Origin: Chloracidobacterium sp.
Lineage (GTDB): Bacteria; Acidobacteriota; Blastocatellia; Pyrinomonadales; Pyrinomonadaceae
NCBI GenBank assembly: GCA_031370285.1
Contig: JANMQG010000057.1
Coordinates: 33,502-97,501, forward strand
DNA length: 64,000 bases
Direction: 5' to 3'
Shown piece by piece: positions 7,704 to 18,302 of this stretch. A model generated the notes under the pieces. It saw nothing but the letters and a program-made list of their open reading frames with translations, made no database searches and was not told the DNA's origin. The stretch's first letter is position 1. Each line of letters starts with the position of its first letter. The position numbers and the translations under genes were made by a program.

Positions 7704-10700
7704 ATGAGCAACAACTCCGTCACGATAGATGGTAACGAAGCGGCGGCGCATGTCGCCTACAAGACGAATGAGGTGATCGCGATCTATCCGATTACGCCGT
7801 CGTCGAACATGGGTGAATCCGCCGACGCCTGGGCGGCGAAGAATGAAAAGAACATCTGGGGCATGACGCCGATCGTGCGCGAGATGCAATCCGAAGGCGG
7901 CGCCGCAGGAACGGTCCATGGGGCGCTGCAGACAGGCGCGCTAACCACAACCTTCACCGCGAGCCAGGGATTGCTGCTGATGATCCCCAACATGTTCAAG
8001 ATTGCCGGCGAACAAACCAGCACTGTATTCCACATAGCCGCGCGTTCGGTAGCAACGCACGCGCTTTCGATCTTCGGTGATCACAGCGATGTGATGGCCA
8101 CGCGATCGACCGGCTGGGCTATGTTGTTTGCCAACTCGGTCCAGGAGGTCATGGATTTTGCGCTGATCGCTCAGGCGAGCACGCTGCGGTCACGTGTTCC
8201 CTTCCTGCATGTGTTCGACGGATTTCGCACGTCACACGAAGTAATGAAGATTGAAAAGCTCTCTGATGACGAAATCGGCGCCATGATTGACGACGAGCTC
8301 GTGCAAGCGCACCGCTTGCGCGCGCTCACGCCCGATCATCCAGTGATGCGCGGCACGGCACAAAATCCTGACGTTTTCTTTCAGTCACGCGAACGCGCCA
8401 ATTCTTTCTACCTCGAGACACCGGCAATTGTTGAGGGCGTCATGGACAAACTGGCTACGCTCACCGGCCGGCGGTATCGACTGTTTGATTATGTCGGCGC
8501 CCCTGACGCCGAGCGAGTGATAGTCATGATGGGTTCGGGCTGCGAAGCTGCTGAAGAAACTGTGACGGCGTTAAGTGCTCGTGGCGAAAAAGTCGGGCTC
8601 ATTAAGGTCAGATTGTTCCGGCCATTTTCGGTTGATCACCTGCTCGCCGCGTTGCCAGTCTCAGTTCGGGCAATCGCGGTATTGGATCGCACCAAGGAGC
8701 CGGGCAGCGCGGGCGAGCCGCTTTATCAGGACGTCGTCACGGCAATCAGCGAAGGCATGATGAATGGCAACACGCGCTGGGCAAAGATGCCGCGCATCAT
8801 CGGCGGTCGTTACGGATTGGGTTCGAAGGAATTCACGCCGGCGATGGTCAAGGCGGTCTTCGATGAGATGACAAAGCCCGCCTCGAAGAACCACTTCTGC
8901 GTTGGTATCAAGGACGACGTCACTTTCAGCAGCCTGGCGGTCGATTCTAAATTCACTGTCGAACCCGGCGGACAGGTGCGCGCGATGTTCTGGGGTCTGG
9001 GCGCTGATGGCACGGTTAGCGCAAACAAGAATTCAATCAAGATTATCGGCGAAGAGACTGCGAATTATGCACAGGGCTACTTTGTCTACGACTCAAAGAA
9101 ATCGGGCGCCATGACAGTCTCCCACCTGCGCTTTGGCCAGCAGCCGATCAAGAGCACCTACCTTATTCAGAGCGCAAACTTCATTGCCGTTCATGACTTT
9201 AACTTCCTGAATCGTTACCAAATTCTCGATCCTGCTGAAGAAGGTGCGACGTTGCTCTTGAACAGCCCCTACGACGCTCCGGAAGTTTGGGGGCATTTGG
9301 CACGCTCGGTCCAGGAAACGATTATCCGGAAGAGGATTAAGGTTTATTCAATCAATGCTTTCGCGGTCGCGAAAGAGAGACAGCTCGGCAATCGCATCAA
9401 CACGATCATGCAGACGTGCTTCTTTGCGATTAGTGGCGTATTGCCGCGCCAGGAGTCGATTGAGAAGATCAAGGAATCAATCAAGAAGACCTACGGCAAA
9501 CGCGGTGATGCGGTTGTGCTCCAAAATTTCGCGGCAGTAGACGCCGCGCTGGCTCATCTTCACGAAGTGAAGATACCTGAGCAGGCGAGCAGTGCTTTTG
9601 ATTTGCAATCCGCCGTCGCGCGGGAAGCCCCGCAATTTGTGCGAGAGGTGACGGCCGAAATGATGGCCGGACGGGGCGACCTGCTGCCGGTCAGCGCCTT
9701 CCCGGTCGATGGCACCTATCCCGTCGGCACAGCGCAGTGGGAGAAGCGCAACATCGCGCAGGAAGTCCCGGTGTGGGAACCGGATCTGTGCATCGAGTGT
9801 GGTAAATGCGTTTTAGTTTGTCCGCATGCGACGATTCGCGCCAAGGTTTGTCATGAGTCTGATCTCGAAAATGCACCGGTGGGTTTCAAACGCATGCCCG
9901 CGAAATGGCGCGAGCTACCCGATCAGCTCTACACAATTCAGGTGGCAGTTGAAGATTGCACCGGTTGCCGGCTTTGTGTTGAAGTCTGTCCAGCGAAAGA
10001 CAAGAGCAACGTTTCTCGCAAGGCCCTCAATATGCAACCGCAGCTGCCGCTGCGTGACAGCGAGCGGGTCAACTGGGATTACTTCCTCAAGCTTCCCGAA
10101 ATTCACAAGCACGGAACGTTAAATTTCAGTTCAGTAAAGAACGTTCAATTGCTGCAACCGCTGTTCGAGTTTTCTGGCGCTTGTTCCGGTTGCGGTGAGA
10201 CGCCGTACATCAAATTGTTGACACAACTCTTCGGCGACCGCGCAGTTATCGCCAATGCAACTGGCTGTTCAAGCATCTACGGCGGCAATCTACCGACCAC
10301 GCCCTATACGACTAACAGCGAAGGGCGCGGACCTGCCTGGAGCAATTCACTGTTCGAAGACAATGCTGAGTTTGGTCTCGGCATGCGGCTCGCGCTCGAT
10401 CACCAGGGTGCTTACGCCAGGCACCTGGTCGAGCGATTACGCAATAGCATCGGCGAAGACATAGCAGAGGGCCTGCTCAATACGGATCAGTCAGCAGAAA
10501 CAGGAATTGCTGCCGAACGTCAGTTGGTCGGTGAGCTGAAGGAAAAACTGAAAGATATCGAAGGCGTGGAGTCTCGTGACCTATTCAACGTCGCCGACTC
10601 GCTCGTGAGTAAGAGCGTTTGGATCGTTGGCGGAGACGGTTGGGCATATGACATCGGCTACGGTGGACTGGATCACGTGCTGGCGAGCGGGCAAGACGTC

Positions 10701-11258
10701 AATATTCTGGTGCTCGACACCGAGGTCTATTCAAACACTGGCGGCCAGGCGTCAAAGGCGACGCCGCTGGGCGCAGTGGCGAAGTTCGCAGCCGGCGGCA
10801 AGCCGACTGCAAAGAAGGACTTGGGAATCACCGCCATGCGCTACGGAGACGTATACGTTGCGCAAGTCGCCATGGGCGCAAACGACACCCACACAGTCAA
10901 AGCGTTTATCGAAGCCGAAGCGCATCACGGCCCATCACTGATCATTGCTTACAGCCAATGTATTGCGCACGGCATCGATATGGCGCTTGGCATGCGTCAA
11001 CAGAAGCTGGCAGTTGATTCCGGCCACTGGCCGCTCTTTCGTTACGATCCGAAGCTCGCAGCTGAGAACAAGAATCCTTTTCAGCTCGATTCACATGATC
11101 CGAAAATTCCTTTGCAAGACTATATCTACACCGAGGGTCGCTACCGCATGTTGAAACAGAGCGATCCCGAGGTAGCGAAGTTTCTCCTCGGCCAGGCGCA
11201 GAAGTCAGCGGATCGCCGGTGGCAACAATACAAGCAGATGGCGGAGAGGACGCGATGA
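7704..11258 (+). CDS. nifJ: pyruvate:ferredoxin (flavodoxin) oxidoreductase, single-polypeptide NifJ/YdbK type
   Basis: 1184 aa. N-terminus TIDGNEAAAHVAYKTNEVIAIYPITPSS, two ferredoxin-type CxxCxxCxxxCP motifs (CIECGKCVLVCP, CTGCRLCVEVCP), and a TPP-binding GGDGWAYDIG. Confidence 0.95.
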   Translation: MSNNSVTIDGNEAAAHVAYKTNEVIAIYPITPSSNMGESADAWAAKNEKNIWGMTPIVREMQSEGGAAGTVHGALQTGALTTTFTASQGLLLMIPNMFKIAGEQTSTVFHIAARSVATHALSIFGDHSDVMATRSTGWAMLFANSVQEVMDFALIAQASTLRSRVPFLHVFDGFRTSHEVMKIEKLSDDEIGAMIDDELVQAHRLRALTPDHPVMRGTAQNPDVFFQSRERANSFYLETPAIVEGVMDKLATLTGRRYRLFDYVGAPDAERVIVMMGSGCEAAEETVTALSARGEKVGLIKVRLFRPFSVDHLLAALPVSVRAIAVLDRTKEPGSAGEPLYQDVVTAISEGMMNGNTRWAKMPRIIGGRYGLGSKEFTPAMVKAVFDEMTKPASKNHFCVGIKDDVTFSSLAVDSKFTVEPGGQVRAMFWGLGADGTVSANKNSIKIIGEETANYAQGYFVYDSKKSGAMTVSHLRFGQQPIKSTYLIQSANFIAVHDFNFLNRYQILDPAEEGATLLLNSPYDAPEVWGHLARSVQETIIRKRIKVYSINAFAVAKERQLGNRINTIMQTCFFAISGVLPRQESIEKIKESIKKTYGKRGDAVVLQNFAAVDAALAHLHEVKIPEQASSAFDLQSAVAREAPQFVREVTAEMMAGRGDLLPVSAFPVDGTYPVGTAQWEKRNIAQEVPVWEPDLCIECGKCVLVCPHATIRAKVCHESDLENAPVGFKRMPAKWRELPDQLYTIQVAVEDCTGCRLCVEVCPAKDKSNVSRKALNMQPQLPLRDSERVNWDYFLKLPEIHKHGTLNFSSVKNVQLLQPLFEFSGACSGCGETPYIKLLTQLFGDRAVIANATGCSSIYGGNLPTTPYTTNSEGRGPAWSNSLFEDNAEFGLGMRLALDHQGAYARHLVERLRNSIGEDIAEGLLNTDQSAETGIAAERQLVGELKEKLKDIEGVESRDLFNVADSLVSKSVWIVGGDGWAYDIGYGGLDHVLASGQDVNILVLDTEVYSNTGGQASKATPLGAVAKFAAGGKPTAKKDLGITAMRYGDVYVAQVAMGANDTHTVKAFIEAEAHHGPSLIIAYSQCIAHGIDMALGMRQQKLAVDSGHWPLFRYDPKLAAENKNPFQLDSHDPKIPLQDYIYTEGRYRMLKQSDPEVAKFLLGQAQKSADRRWQQYKQMAERTR

Positions 11259-11389
11259 AAGTTTCGAGTTTCGAGTCTCAAGTTTCAAGTTTCAAGTTCG
11301 CCAATTCAAATGAGCCCCAACTGCGATGCTAAAAGAACGCTTAGCGTGAAATCCGGAACTTGAAACTTGAAACTTGAAACTCGAAACTT
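11259..11389. repeat. tandem-heptamer long-armed hairpin (GTTTCRA arms)
   Basis: Left arm aagtttcgagtttcgagtctcaagtttcaagtttcaagtt, right arm aacttgaaacttgaaacttgaaactcgaaactt, 58-nt loop, no T-tract. Confidence 0.85.
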
Positions 11390-11405
11390 AACCTGAGGTT
11401 CGACT

Positions 11406-12404
11406 ATGACCCTAACTACAAACTATCTCGGCCTGGTGCTGAAGAATCCCATCGTTGTCTCGTCGTGCCCTTTGTCACACACCGTCGATAGCATTCGCCG
11501 CCTCGAAGACGCCGGCGCCAGCGCGGTGGTGATGTATTCGCTGTTTGAGGAACAGATCACCTTCGACAGTCTATTGCTTGACCAATATCTCCGCAGCGGC
11601 ACGAACAGCTTCGCGGAATCACTCAGTTATTTTCCGGAGATGGACAACTACAACACGGGACCGGACGAATACATGAATTTGATCCGGCGCGCGAAAGAGG
11701 CCGTCGATATTCCGATCATCGGCAGCCTCAACGGCGTCTCCGCCGGAGGCTGGACCAATTACGCCGGGCTGATCGAAGCCGCCGGCGTGGACGCGCTGGA
11801 GCTTAACGTCTACTACGTTCCGACGAGCCTGGATCTGACCGGCCAGGAAGTTGAGAATATTTATCTGGACATGCTGCGCCAGGTGATGGCATCGGTGAAG
11901 ATTCCAATTGCGATGAAGCTAAGCCCGTTCTTCAGTTCTACCGCAAATATGGCGCAGCGGTTGGTCGGGGAAGGAGCTAGCGGACTTGTATTGTTCAATC
12001 GTTTCTATCAGCCGGACTTGAATTTGGAAACACTCGAAGTCGCGCCACGTTTGGTGCTCAGCAACTCGGACGAATTGCGTTTGCCACTGCGTTGGGTCGC
12101 GATTCTTTATGGACGCGTGCTTGCCGATTTGGCGATTACCAGCGGCGTGCACACTGCGGAAGATGTCTTGAAAGGGCTAATGGCGGGGGCCAAAGTAACG
12201 ATGATGGCTTCCGAGTTACTGCAGCGCGGCGTGCGCCGTATAAAAGAGACGGTGAATGAAATTGAGAGCTGGATGGACGAACACGAATACGAGTCCATAG
12301 CGCAGATGATCGGCAGCATGAGCCAAATACATTGCGCCGAGCCGGCCGCTTTTGAACGCGCTAACTACATGAAAACCCTCGATTCTTACCGGCCGATTAA
12401 CTAG
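11406..12404 (+). CDS. dihydroorotate dehydrogenase-like (class 1 DHOD/DHPD fold) protein
   Basis: 332 aa. TIM-barrel DHOD-like pattern [13 protein letters not shown]...ELNVYY...LVLFNRF. Commonly found beside PFOR. Confidence 0.8.
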   Translation: MTLTTNYLGLVLKNPIVVSSCPLSHTVDSIRRLEDAGASAVVMYSLFEEQITFDSLLLDQYLRSGTNSFAESLSYFPEMDNYNTGPDEYMNLIRRAKEAVDIPIIGSLNGVSAGGWTNYAGLIEAAGVDALELNVYYVPTSLDLTGQEVENIYLDMLRQVMASVKIPIAMKLSPFFSSTANMAQRLVGEGASGLVLFNRFYQPDLNLETLEVAPRLVLSNSDELRLPLRWVAILYGRVLADLAITSGVHTAEDVLKGLMAGAKVTMMASELLQRGVRRIKETVNEIESWMDEHEYESIAQMIGSMSQIHCAEPAAFERANYMKTLDSYRPIN

Positions 12405-12644
12405 GTTTGAAGTTCCCGCACATGAGTCGCCGTCATCAATGCATAGCACGTAGGGGCTAGTTGGGTGATCGTTGGTCATAACAGTCAATCAAGATAGTCT
12501 TTGATCTTTGGCCCGGCCTCAAATCGATTGCGTGAGACTGAGGTTCGGGTACGTTACAAGAGAAAAGTGAAGGTGTTTTAGACGCCAATCGTTTCCAATT
12601 GCATGTGCTTAAGCGTCTCCGCGGACACGCGCTTGGAAAGATGC

Positions 12645-12758
12645 GTCCATAGCCCCAGATGATCGGCTGCATGAGCCGGCAACATTGCGCTGAGCTAGCC
12701 GCATTTGAGCGCGCTAACTACATGAAAACCTTCGATTCTTACCGGCCCGATTAACTAG
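12645..12758 (+). pseudogene. duplicated 3'-end fragment of the DHOD-like gene
   Basis: 12645-12758 aligns with 12293-12404 (tccatag..gatgatcgg..gcgctaactacatgaaaacc..gattaactag) with roughly a dozen differences. No upstream ORF. Confidence 0.7.
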
Positions 12759-12830
12759 ATCGAATTGAAGCGAGCGAAGTCCTGGGCCATAACGACCTGG
12801 ACGAAACAGCCACCGTTGCCGGTGGCTCAT

Positions 12831-12880
12831 TGGTGGAGCAGACGAGGGTCGAACTCCTGGCCTCCGCATTGGAACGCGGC
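12831..12880 (-). repeat. partial copy of tRNA-Ala(CGC) 3' half (att-like remnant)
   Basis: tggtggagcagacgagggtcgaactcctggcctccgcattggaacgcggc matches 30114-30164 with 1 substitution and 1 indel, in the same orientation as the intact tRNA. Confidence 0.8.
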
Positions 12881-13190
12881 AAAGTAGGACGTACGGCAAG
12901 GGAGGCTTCCCGGTCACTTCAGCCTGCGGAATTCTGCGCATGAGTTCGGCATATTTCGCAGTGAATCACGGTTGATCGTCCGAGAACAAGCCTTCTAACG
13001 CTGGCACAAACGTTGCTGCCCACCTCCTGTAGGCCATCAGTGCTTACTGCCCGCAACGGCGCGCCTGCTGTCTCGTAACTACACCAGCGGGATCAGTCTG
13101 CAGGGAATGATCGCGAGCGCGGCTGGCCCTGAATTAGTAGGACGCCAGTAGCGTCCAATCGAGACGCAATTTCGAAGGGAGCAGTTCGAA

Positions 13191-14141
13191 GTGGAGAAAA
13201 TCAAAGCCATCGATTTCATGTATTACGTGGCCACGAGCGAGTTCATGGAGCAGTGGGACCGCGCCAAGGAAGGGGAGTTGGTCTGCCGGATGGAGAAGGC
13301 GATCGGCGGGTTGCCGCGATTTACTTCCATCGCAGAGATGCTGCGGCAGATGGACGACGCCGGAGTCGAAAAAGTCTTTATCACGCAGTGTAAGATGTGG
13401 TCTTACTGGCGCAAGTGGATGTACATGGACACCAAACTCGAAGACGTGCTCCAGTACACCGAAGCCCATCCCGATCGATTTGTCGGACTCGCCGGTTACA
13501 ACCCGTTTCGCATTAAAGAGAGCCTGACCGAAATCGAACTCGCCGTTACCAAACACGGCTTCAAAGGCGTCTATGTCCACATCTATGGATTCGACATTCC
13601 CTTGAACGACGCGAAGATGTATCCGCTGTTCGCCAAATGCGTCGAGCTCGATGTGCCGGTGTCAATGCAGGTAGGCCACGTGCTCGAGGCCAGTCCCAGC
13701 GATGGCGCGCGGCCGATGTTCCTGGATCGCATCGCCTGCGATTTTCCTGATTTGAAAATGATTGGCGCGCACACCGGCTGGCCCTGGGTCGATGAACTGC
13801 TCTCAGTTTGTTACAAGTGGGAGAACATCTGGTTTGGGGTCGATGCGTGGCTGCCAAAATACCTCTCACCGCAAATCATCCAGTTTATTAATAGCCGAAT
13901 GGGTCGCGATCGTTGTATCTGGGGAACGAATGGTCTGCCGTGGCAAGAGAGCCTCCAGCAGCTTTGCGATTTGGGACTGAAAGAAGAAGTGCAAAGAAAA
14001 CTTCTGCGCGAGAACGCGATCGAGTTATTCAAGTTGGAGCCAAAAGATCGGGCTGATGACATTTCGACCAGCCTCGAAGAGGCGGCATTTAGTAGCACCG
14101 TCCGTGAGGGCGGGGTTGCAGCCAGACGGGAAATGCTCTGA
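13191..14141 (+). CDS. amidohydrolase-2 family protein (ACMSD/LigW-like metal-dependent hydrolase or decarboxylase fold)
   Basis: 316 aa, GTG start. Overall pattern (KAIDF..., GFKGVYVH, MQVGH, IGAHTGWPW, WGTN) recalls the Amidohydrolase_2 family. Confidence 0.7.
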   Translation: MEKIKAIDFMYYVATSEFMEQWDRAKEGELVCRMEKAIGGLPRFTSIAEMLRQMDDAGVEKVFITQCKMWSYWRKWMYMDTKLEDVLQYTEAHPDRFVGLAGYNPFRIKESLTEIELAVTKHGFKGVYVHIYGFDIPLNDAKMYPLFAKCVELDVPVSMQVGHVLEASPSDGARPMFLDRIACDFPDLKMIGAHTGWPWVDELLSVCYKWENIWFGVDAWLPKYLSPQIIQFINSRMGRDRCIWGTNGLPWQESLQQLCDLGLKEEVQRKLLRENAIELFKLEPKDRADDISTSLEEAAFSSTVREGGVAARREML

Positions 14142-14171
14142 GGCTTCGAAGGGCCGGCACCGAACCAATAG

Positions 14172-14945
14172 ATGAGCCTTAATTTCAATGACGAGACAGT
14201 AATCGTAACCGGGGGTGCGCGGGGCATTGGCCGCGCCGTCGTCCAGGCTTTTGCCGCAGCGGGCGCTGATGTTGTCATCGGCGACCTGCGTCTGGAAGAT
14301 GCCAGCCAAACGGCGATGGAGATCAGCGAGAGCAGTGGCCAGCGAGTGGTCGCGGTTCAGACCGACGTGACCAAACGTGAAGATATCGACAGGCTGCGCG
14401 ACGAGACACTGCGCATCTTTGGCAAGATCGATGTGCTGGTCAATTGCGCCGGCTGGGATCGCTTGCTGCCGTTTCTCAAGACGACGTCGGAACTCTGGCA
14501 GAAGGTGCTGAACGTCAACTTCCTGAGCGTGGTCAATATGTGCCACGCAATTCTGCCGCACATGGTTGAGCGCAAGCAGGGTGCAATCGTCAACATCAGT
14601 TCAGACACGGGGCGAGTCGGGTCTTTTGGCGAAGCTCTTTATGCCAGCTCGAAGGCCGCCATCAATGCCTTTTCGAAAACCATCGCGCGCGAACATGCTC
14701 GCGACCATATCCGGGTGAACGTGGTTTCACCCGGGCTGTGCGAAACGCCTTTGATTGAAGAGATGCGACACGACGACGAATTCACGGCGAAGATTCTCGG
14801 CTCGATCGTTAACTTCATTCCGATGAAACGCCTGGGTGAGCCGGAGGAGATTGCGCCCCTGGTTGTGTTTCTGGCTTCTGATTCGGCCAGTTACATCACC
14901 GGCCAGGTCTTCAGTATTAACGGCGGGCTGAACATGGTTGGGTGA
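14172..14945 (+). CDS. short-chain dehydrogenase/reductase (FabG/BadH-like)
   Basis: TGGARGIG cofactor motif, NISS, catalytic YASSKAA. Confidence 0.9.
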   Translation: MSLNFNDETVIVTGGARGIGRAVVQAFAAAGADVVIGDLRLEDASQTAMEISESSGQRVVAVQTDVTKREDIDRLRDETLRIFGKIDVLVNCAGWDRLLPFLKTTSELWQKVLNVNFLSVVNMCHAILPHMVERKQGAIVNISSDTGRVGSFGEALYASSKAAINAFSKTIAREHARDHIRVNVVSPGLCETPLIEEMRHDDEFTAKILGSIVNFIPMKRLGEPEEIAPLVVFLASDSASYITGQVFSINGGLNMVG

Positions 14946-14957
14946 CAAACACTTCGA

Positions 14958-16124
14958 ATGACCGAACCAATCTTTCACGAATGGCAAAACAGATCGCTCG
15001 ACGATGCCATCTACGAATGCCGCGAGCTGTTTGAAGACACGACTTTTCCCACTGTGAAGCGTTGGCGCGAACGTGGCGGGAGAATAGTGGGCCATTTCCA
15101 GGTTAACTTTCCCGAAGAGATCGTTCATGCCGCTGGTCTCTTGCCGTTCAAAGTTCGTGGCGCGCCCATCGAAGCAGTCCAGGCAGACTCACGCTTTGGA
15201 TCGTACCTCTGCTCGATTCTCAAAACTTCGCTCGAACTTGCCCTCAGCAAAACCGTCGAGCTTGAGATGTTCGTTACGCATCCGATTTGCGACGCCGCGC
15301 GCAATCTTGGAGCGGTGTGGGGGCGCAATGTTTCCTATCCCTGTCAGATTCTGTATCTGCCGCAGAACCCGAACTCGCCGCATTCCGTGATCTATCTCCG
15401 CGGCGAATACGAGCGGTTGAAAAGATCCATCGAAGAGATCTCCGGCAAAACGATCACCGACGACGCGCTGCGGAATTCGGTCGCCGTCTTCAACCAGAAT
15501 CGCGCGCTGATGCGCGAGTTGTACGAGATCAAGAAGGATACCCCCTGGCTGGTTTCTGCCGATGAAGCGTACGTGCTGGTGGCGCTGGCGGGACTGATTC
15601 CACGCGACGAACATAACGAACTGCTGCGCACGCTGCTCCCGCAGATTCGCGCGCGTAGGTTGCGAACGCAAGATAAAGTCCGGGTTGTGTTCGAAGGCGG
15701 TTTCTGCGAGCAGCCGCCGCTCGACATGATTCGCGGCATCGCGCGTTCTTGTTACGTAGTCGATGACGATCTGCTGATTGGTCTGCGCTGGTTGCTTGAA
15801 GACGTTCCGCTTGACGGCGATCCGCTCTTCAATCTCGCCGAAGCTTATCTCGAAAAATCTTCATATAGCCCGGTCCAACACGATATGCGCAAGCCGAAAG
15901 AACAGATGCTGCTCGCCCGCATTCGCAACGCGCGGGCCGACGCCGCCATCATCACCGCCGCCAAGATGTGCGAGCCGGGCCTGGAAGAGCAGGTCGCGTA
16001 CACACGCGCGCTGGACGAAGCAGGCATCCCGTATTTCGTTTCGGAATTTGAAGAGAGCATGACCAGCTTTGACTCCATGGAAATTCAATTGGAGACGTTC
16101 GTCGAAAATATTTTGTTTAGCTGA
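14958..16124 (+). CDS. benzoyl-CoA reductase / 2-hydroxyacyl-CoA dehydratase family subunit (BcrC/BadD/HgdB-like)
   Basis: 388 aa. Family pattern [25 protein letters not shown], conserved Cys residues, C-terminal IPYFVSEFE. Confidence 0.8.
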   Translation: MTEPIFHEWQNRSLDDAIYECRELFEDTTFPTVKRWRERGGRIVGHFQVNFPEEIVHAAGLLPFKVRGAPIEAVQADSRFGSYLCSILKTSLELALSKTVELEMFVTHPICDAARNLGAVWGRNVSYPCQILYLPQNPNSPHSVIYLRGEYERLKRSIEEISGKTITDDALRNSVAVFNQNRALMRELYEIKKDTPWLVSADEAYVLVALAGLIPRDEHNELLRTLLPQIRARRLRTQDKVRVVFEGGFCEQPPLDMIRGIARSCYVVDDDLLIGLRWLLEDVPLDGDPLFNLAEAYLEKSSYSPVQHDMRKPKEQMLLARIRNARADAAIITAAKMCEPGLEEQVAYTRALDEAGIPYFVSEFEESMTSFDSMEIQLETFVENILFS

Positions 16125-16136
16125 TTGCCCAACGAC

Positions 16137-17420
16137 ATGACCCAGACACATGACCTCGTCGGCCGCGGCAACCGTGACGGCGCGGCCTTATTTCAAAGAT
16201 GGTTCACCGAGCTGAATGGTACTGCCGAAACAGGCGGTCAGGCCGCGTATGTTTTCGTCATGGGCAGCATGGCTGAACTGCTGCGCGTCTTTGATCTGCC
16301 AATCGTGATGCCGGAAATTAACTCGCTGCAAACGGCGGTGCGTCGCGTCGCGCACGAGTACCTGGATCAGGCGGAAGACTACGGCTATTCGCCGGACATT
16401 TGCGGTTATGTTAAGGCCGACGTCGCCGTGCAACTCAGACACGGCGAGCATCCGATGGGTCGCATTCCGCCGCCGTCGCTCGCAGTGCTGACGAACGCCT
16501 GCAACACCTACATCAAGTGGGCGGAAATCTGGGAGCGCATGTATCACATTCCGATCTTCACTCTCGACATTCCCGGGACCCGCGCGTGCGGCAAACAGAC
16601 CTGGCCCGGAGAACCTGATTTCGAGAACGACCGCCAGTACGTTCTGGCCCAGGTGAAAGAGTTGATTACGGTTTGCGAGAGTCTCACCGGAAAGCAGTTC
16701 GACATTGATCGCCTGCGCGAGAATTTGCAGCATGCGAACGTCATGAGTCGTGGCTGGCGCCGGGTGCTGGAACTGAACCAGAGTAAGCCGTCGGTCTTTA
16801 ACGCGCTCACCGACGGAACGATTTACCTCGGCGTGTCGAATGGTTTCCGCGGCACAGCCGAAGGCGCGAAGTATTTCGAAGATCTGGTCGAAGAGATGGA
16901 GTTCAAGGCCGCGCACGGTATCGGCACGATGACGGATGAGAAGTACCGGCTGGTGTTCGTCGGTGTTCCCTGCTATCCGATCTTTCGCCGCTTTAACGAG
17001 CTGTTCACCGAATGGGGTGGCACCTTCGTCCACTCGACTTATCTCTGGTTTGCCGCCGGTGGAGTGGCTCACGGGTACGAATACGATTTGAGCAAACCGC
17101 TTGAGAGTTTTGCCGAAGGAGTTCTGATCTACGTGCGCAACGCAATGGACAGCATGTTTTATCAGGACCAGGCGCTGGGCCACATGATCGATCCGTTTCA
17201 TGTCGACGGCGTCGTGTACCACCCGATTAAGAGTTGTCGCACGGTCTCGACCGGCCTGGCCGACAATCGTCGCGCGTTGATGGCGTCGCGTGACATTGCC
17301 AGCCTGTTCATCGAGTCGGACATGATGGATCGCCGTGTGGTGTCAGAGGCCCAGTTGAAGAACCGGGCCGACGCGTTTTTTGAAGGCCTGGCGTCGCGGC
17401 GACTGGCGGCCGCCCGTTGA
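16137..17420 (+). CDS. benzoyl-CoA reductase / 2-hydroxyacyl-CoA dehydratase family subunit (BcrB/BadE/HgdA-like)
   Basis: About 427 aa from ATG 16137 (the ORF opens at TTG 16125). YVFVMGSMAELLRVFDLPIVMPE and DICGYVK motifs typical of the family. Confidence 0.8.
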   Translation: MTQTHDLVGRGNRDGAALFQRWFTELNGTAETGGQAAYVFVMGSMAELLRVFDLPIVMPEINSLQTAVRRVAHEYLDQAEDYGYSPDICGYVKADVAVQLRHGEHPMGRIPPPSLAVLTNACNTYIKWAEIWERMYHIPIFTLDIPGTRACGKQTWPGEPDFENDRQYVLAQVKELITVCESLTGKQFDIDRLRENLQHANVMSRGWRRVLELNQSKPSVFNALTDGTIYLGVSNGFRGTAEGAKYFEDLVEEMEFKAAHGIGTMTDEKYRLVFVGVPCYPIFRRFNELFTEWGGTFVHSTYLWFAAGGVAHGYEYDLSKPLESFAEGVLIYVRNAMDSMFYQDQALGHMIDPFHVDGVVYHPIKSCRTVSTGLADNRRALMASRDIASLFIESDMMDRRVVSEAQLKNRADAFFEGLASRRLAAAR

Positions 17421-17435
17421 ATAGATGGAGTCTGT

Positions 17436-18302
17436 ATGGCATACGCAGCCGGCGTTGACGTCGGATCAACTCAAACCAAAGCAGTCATCATCGACGAAGC
17501 GGGCGAGATCGTTGGCCGCGCGCTGATCGACACGGGCGCCAATGTGATCGCCGCCGCCGAAAACGCTTTCGCCCAAGCCCTCGCCTCCGATTCTCTCGAC
17601 GAGCGCGAAGTCGAATACGTGATCGGCACCGGCTATGGCCGCTATCGCGTGACGTTCGGCAATGCGCAGGTAACCGAGATCAGTTGCCACGGGCGCGGCG
17701 CGGTGCACATGTTTCCGAACACCCGCACGGTGGTCGACATGGGCGGTCAGGACACGAAGGCAATCCGCGTTAACGCGACCGGCGAGATCGTCGACTTTTG
17801 CATGAATGACAAATGCGCTGCCGGCACCGGTAGGTTTCTGGGTGCGGCATCTACTGCGCTGGACATTCCGCTCGACGAGTTGGGCGAAGTTGCGCTGCGC
17901 GCCGAGCGAGCAGTGAAGATCAGCACGACGTGCACAGTCTTCGCAGAGTCTGAAGTTCTCTCCTGGCTGGGCAAAGGGAAGAAGATCGAAGACATCCTCG
18001 CCGGGGTACATCAATCGATCGCGGCGCGCTCGATAGGTTTGTTACGGCGCGTGGGCATCGATCCGGAAGTTACGTTTACCGGAGGCGTCGCAAAGAACAT
18101 CGGCATGATCGCGGCACTTAACAAGGGAATGAATCTGAAGGTGAACGTAAGCGCTGATTCGCATTTCATGGGCGCGCTCGGCGCGGCGCTGTTCGCGCTG
18201 GACCACATCCACGCGAGCCGGGTTCCCGCGGGGGTCCGTGAAGAGGGTAATGCGGGGAAAACGGGCGTCGTTGAGGGGCCGCTGGGAGAGATAACTCTAT
18301 GA
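17436..18302 (+). CDS. BadF/BadG/BcrA/BcrD-type ATPase subunit 1
   Basis: ASKHA-fold N-terminus [22 protein letters not shown], cluster-ligand region [12 protein letters not shown]. Confidence 0.85.
   Translation: MAYAAGVDVGSTQTKAVIIDEAGEIVGRALIDTGANVIAAAENAFAQALASDSLDEREVEYVIGTGYGRYRVTFGNAQVTEISCHGRGAVHMFPNTRTVVDMGGQDTKAIRVNATGEIVDFCMNDKCAAGTGRFLGAASTALDIPLDELGEVALRAERAVKISTTCTVFAESEVLSWLGKGKKIEDILAGVHQSIAARSIGLLRRVGIDPEVTFTGGVAKNIGMIAALNKGMNLKVNVSADSHFMGALGAALFALDHIHASRVPAGVREEGNAGKTGVVEGPLGEITL

Noticed and set aside
16188-17222. 344-aa minus-strand ORF opposite the BcrB-like gene
   Set aside because: It is fully antisense to a strongly supported gene. The composition is Arg/His/Val-rich with no motifs, typical of a shadow ORF in GC-rich coding DNA.
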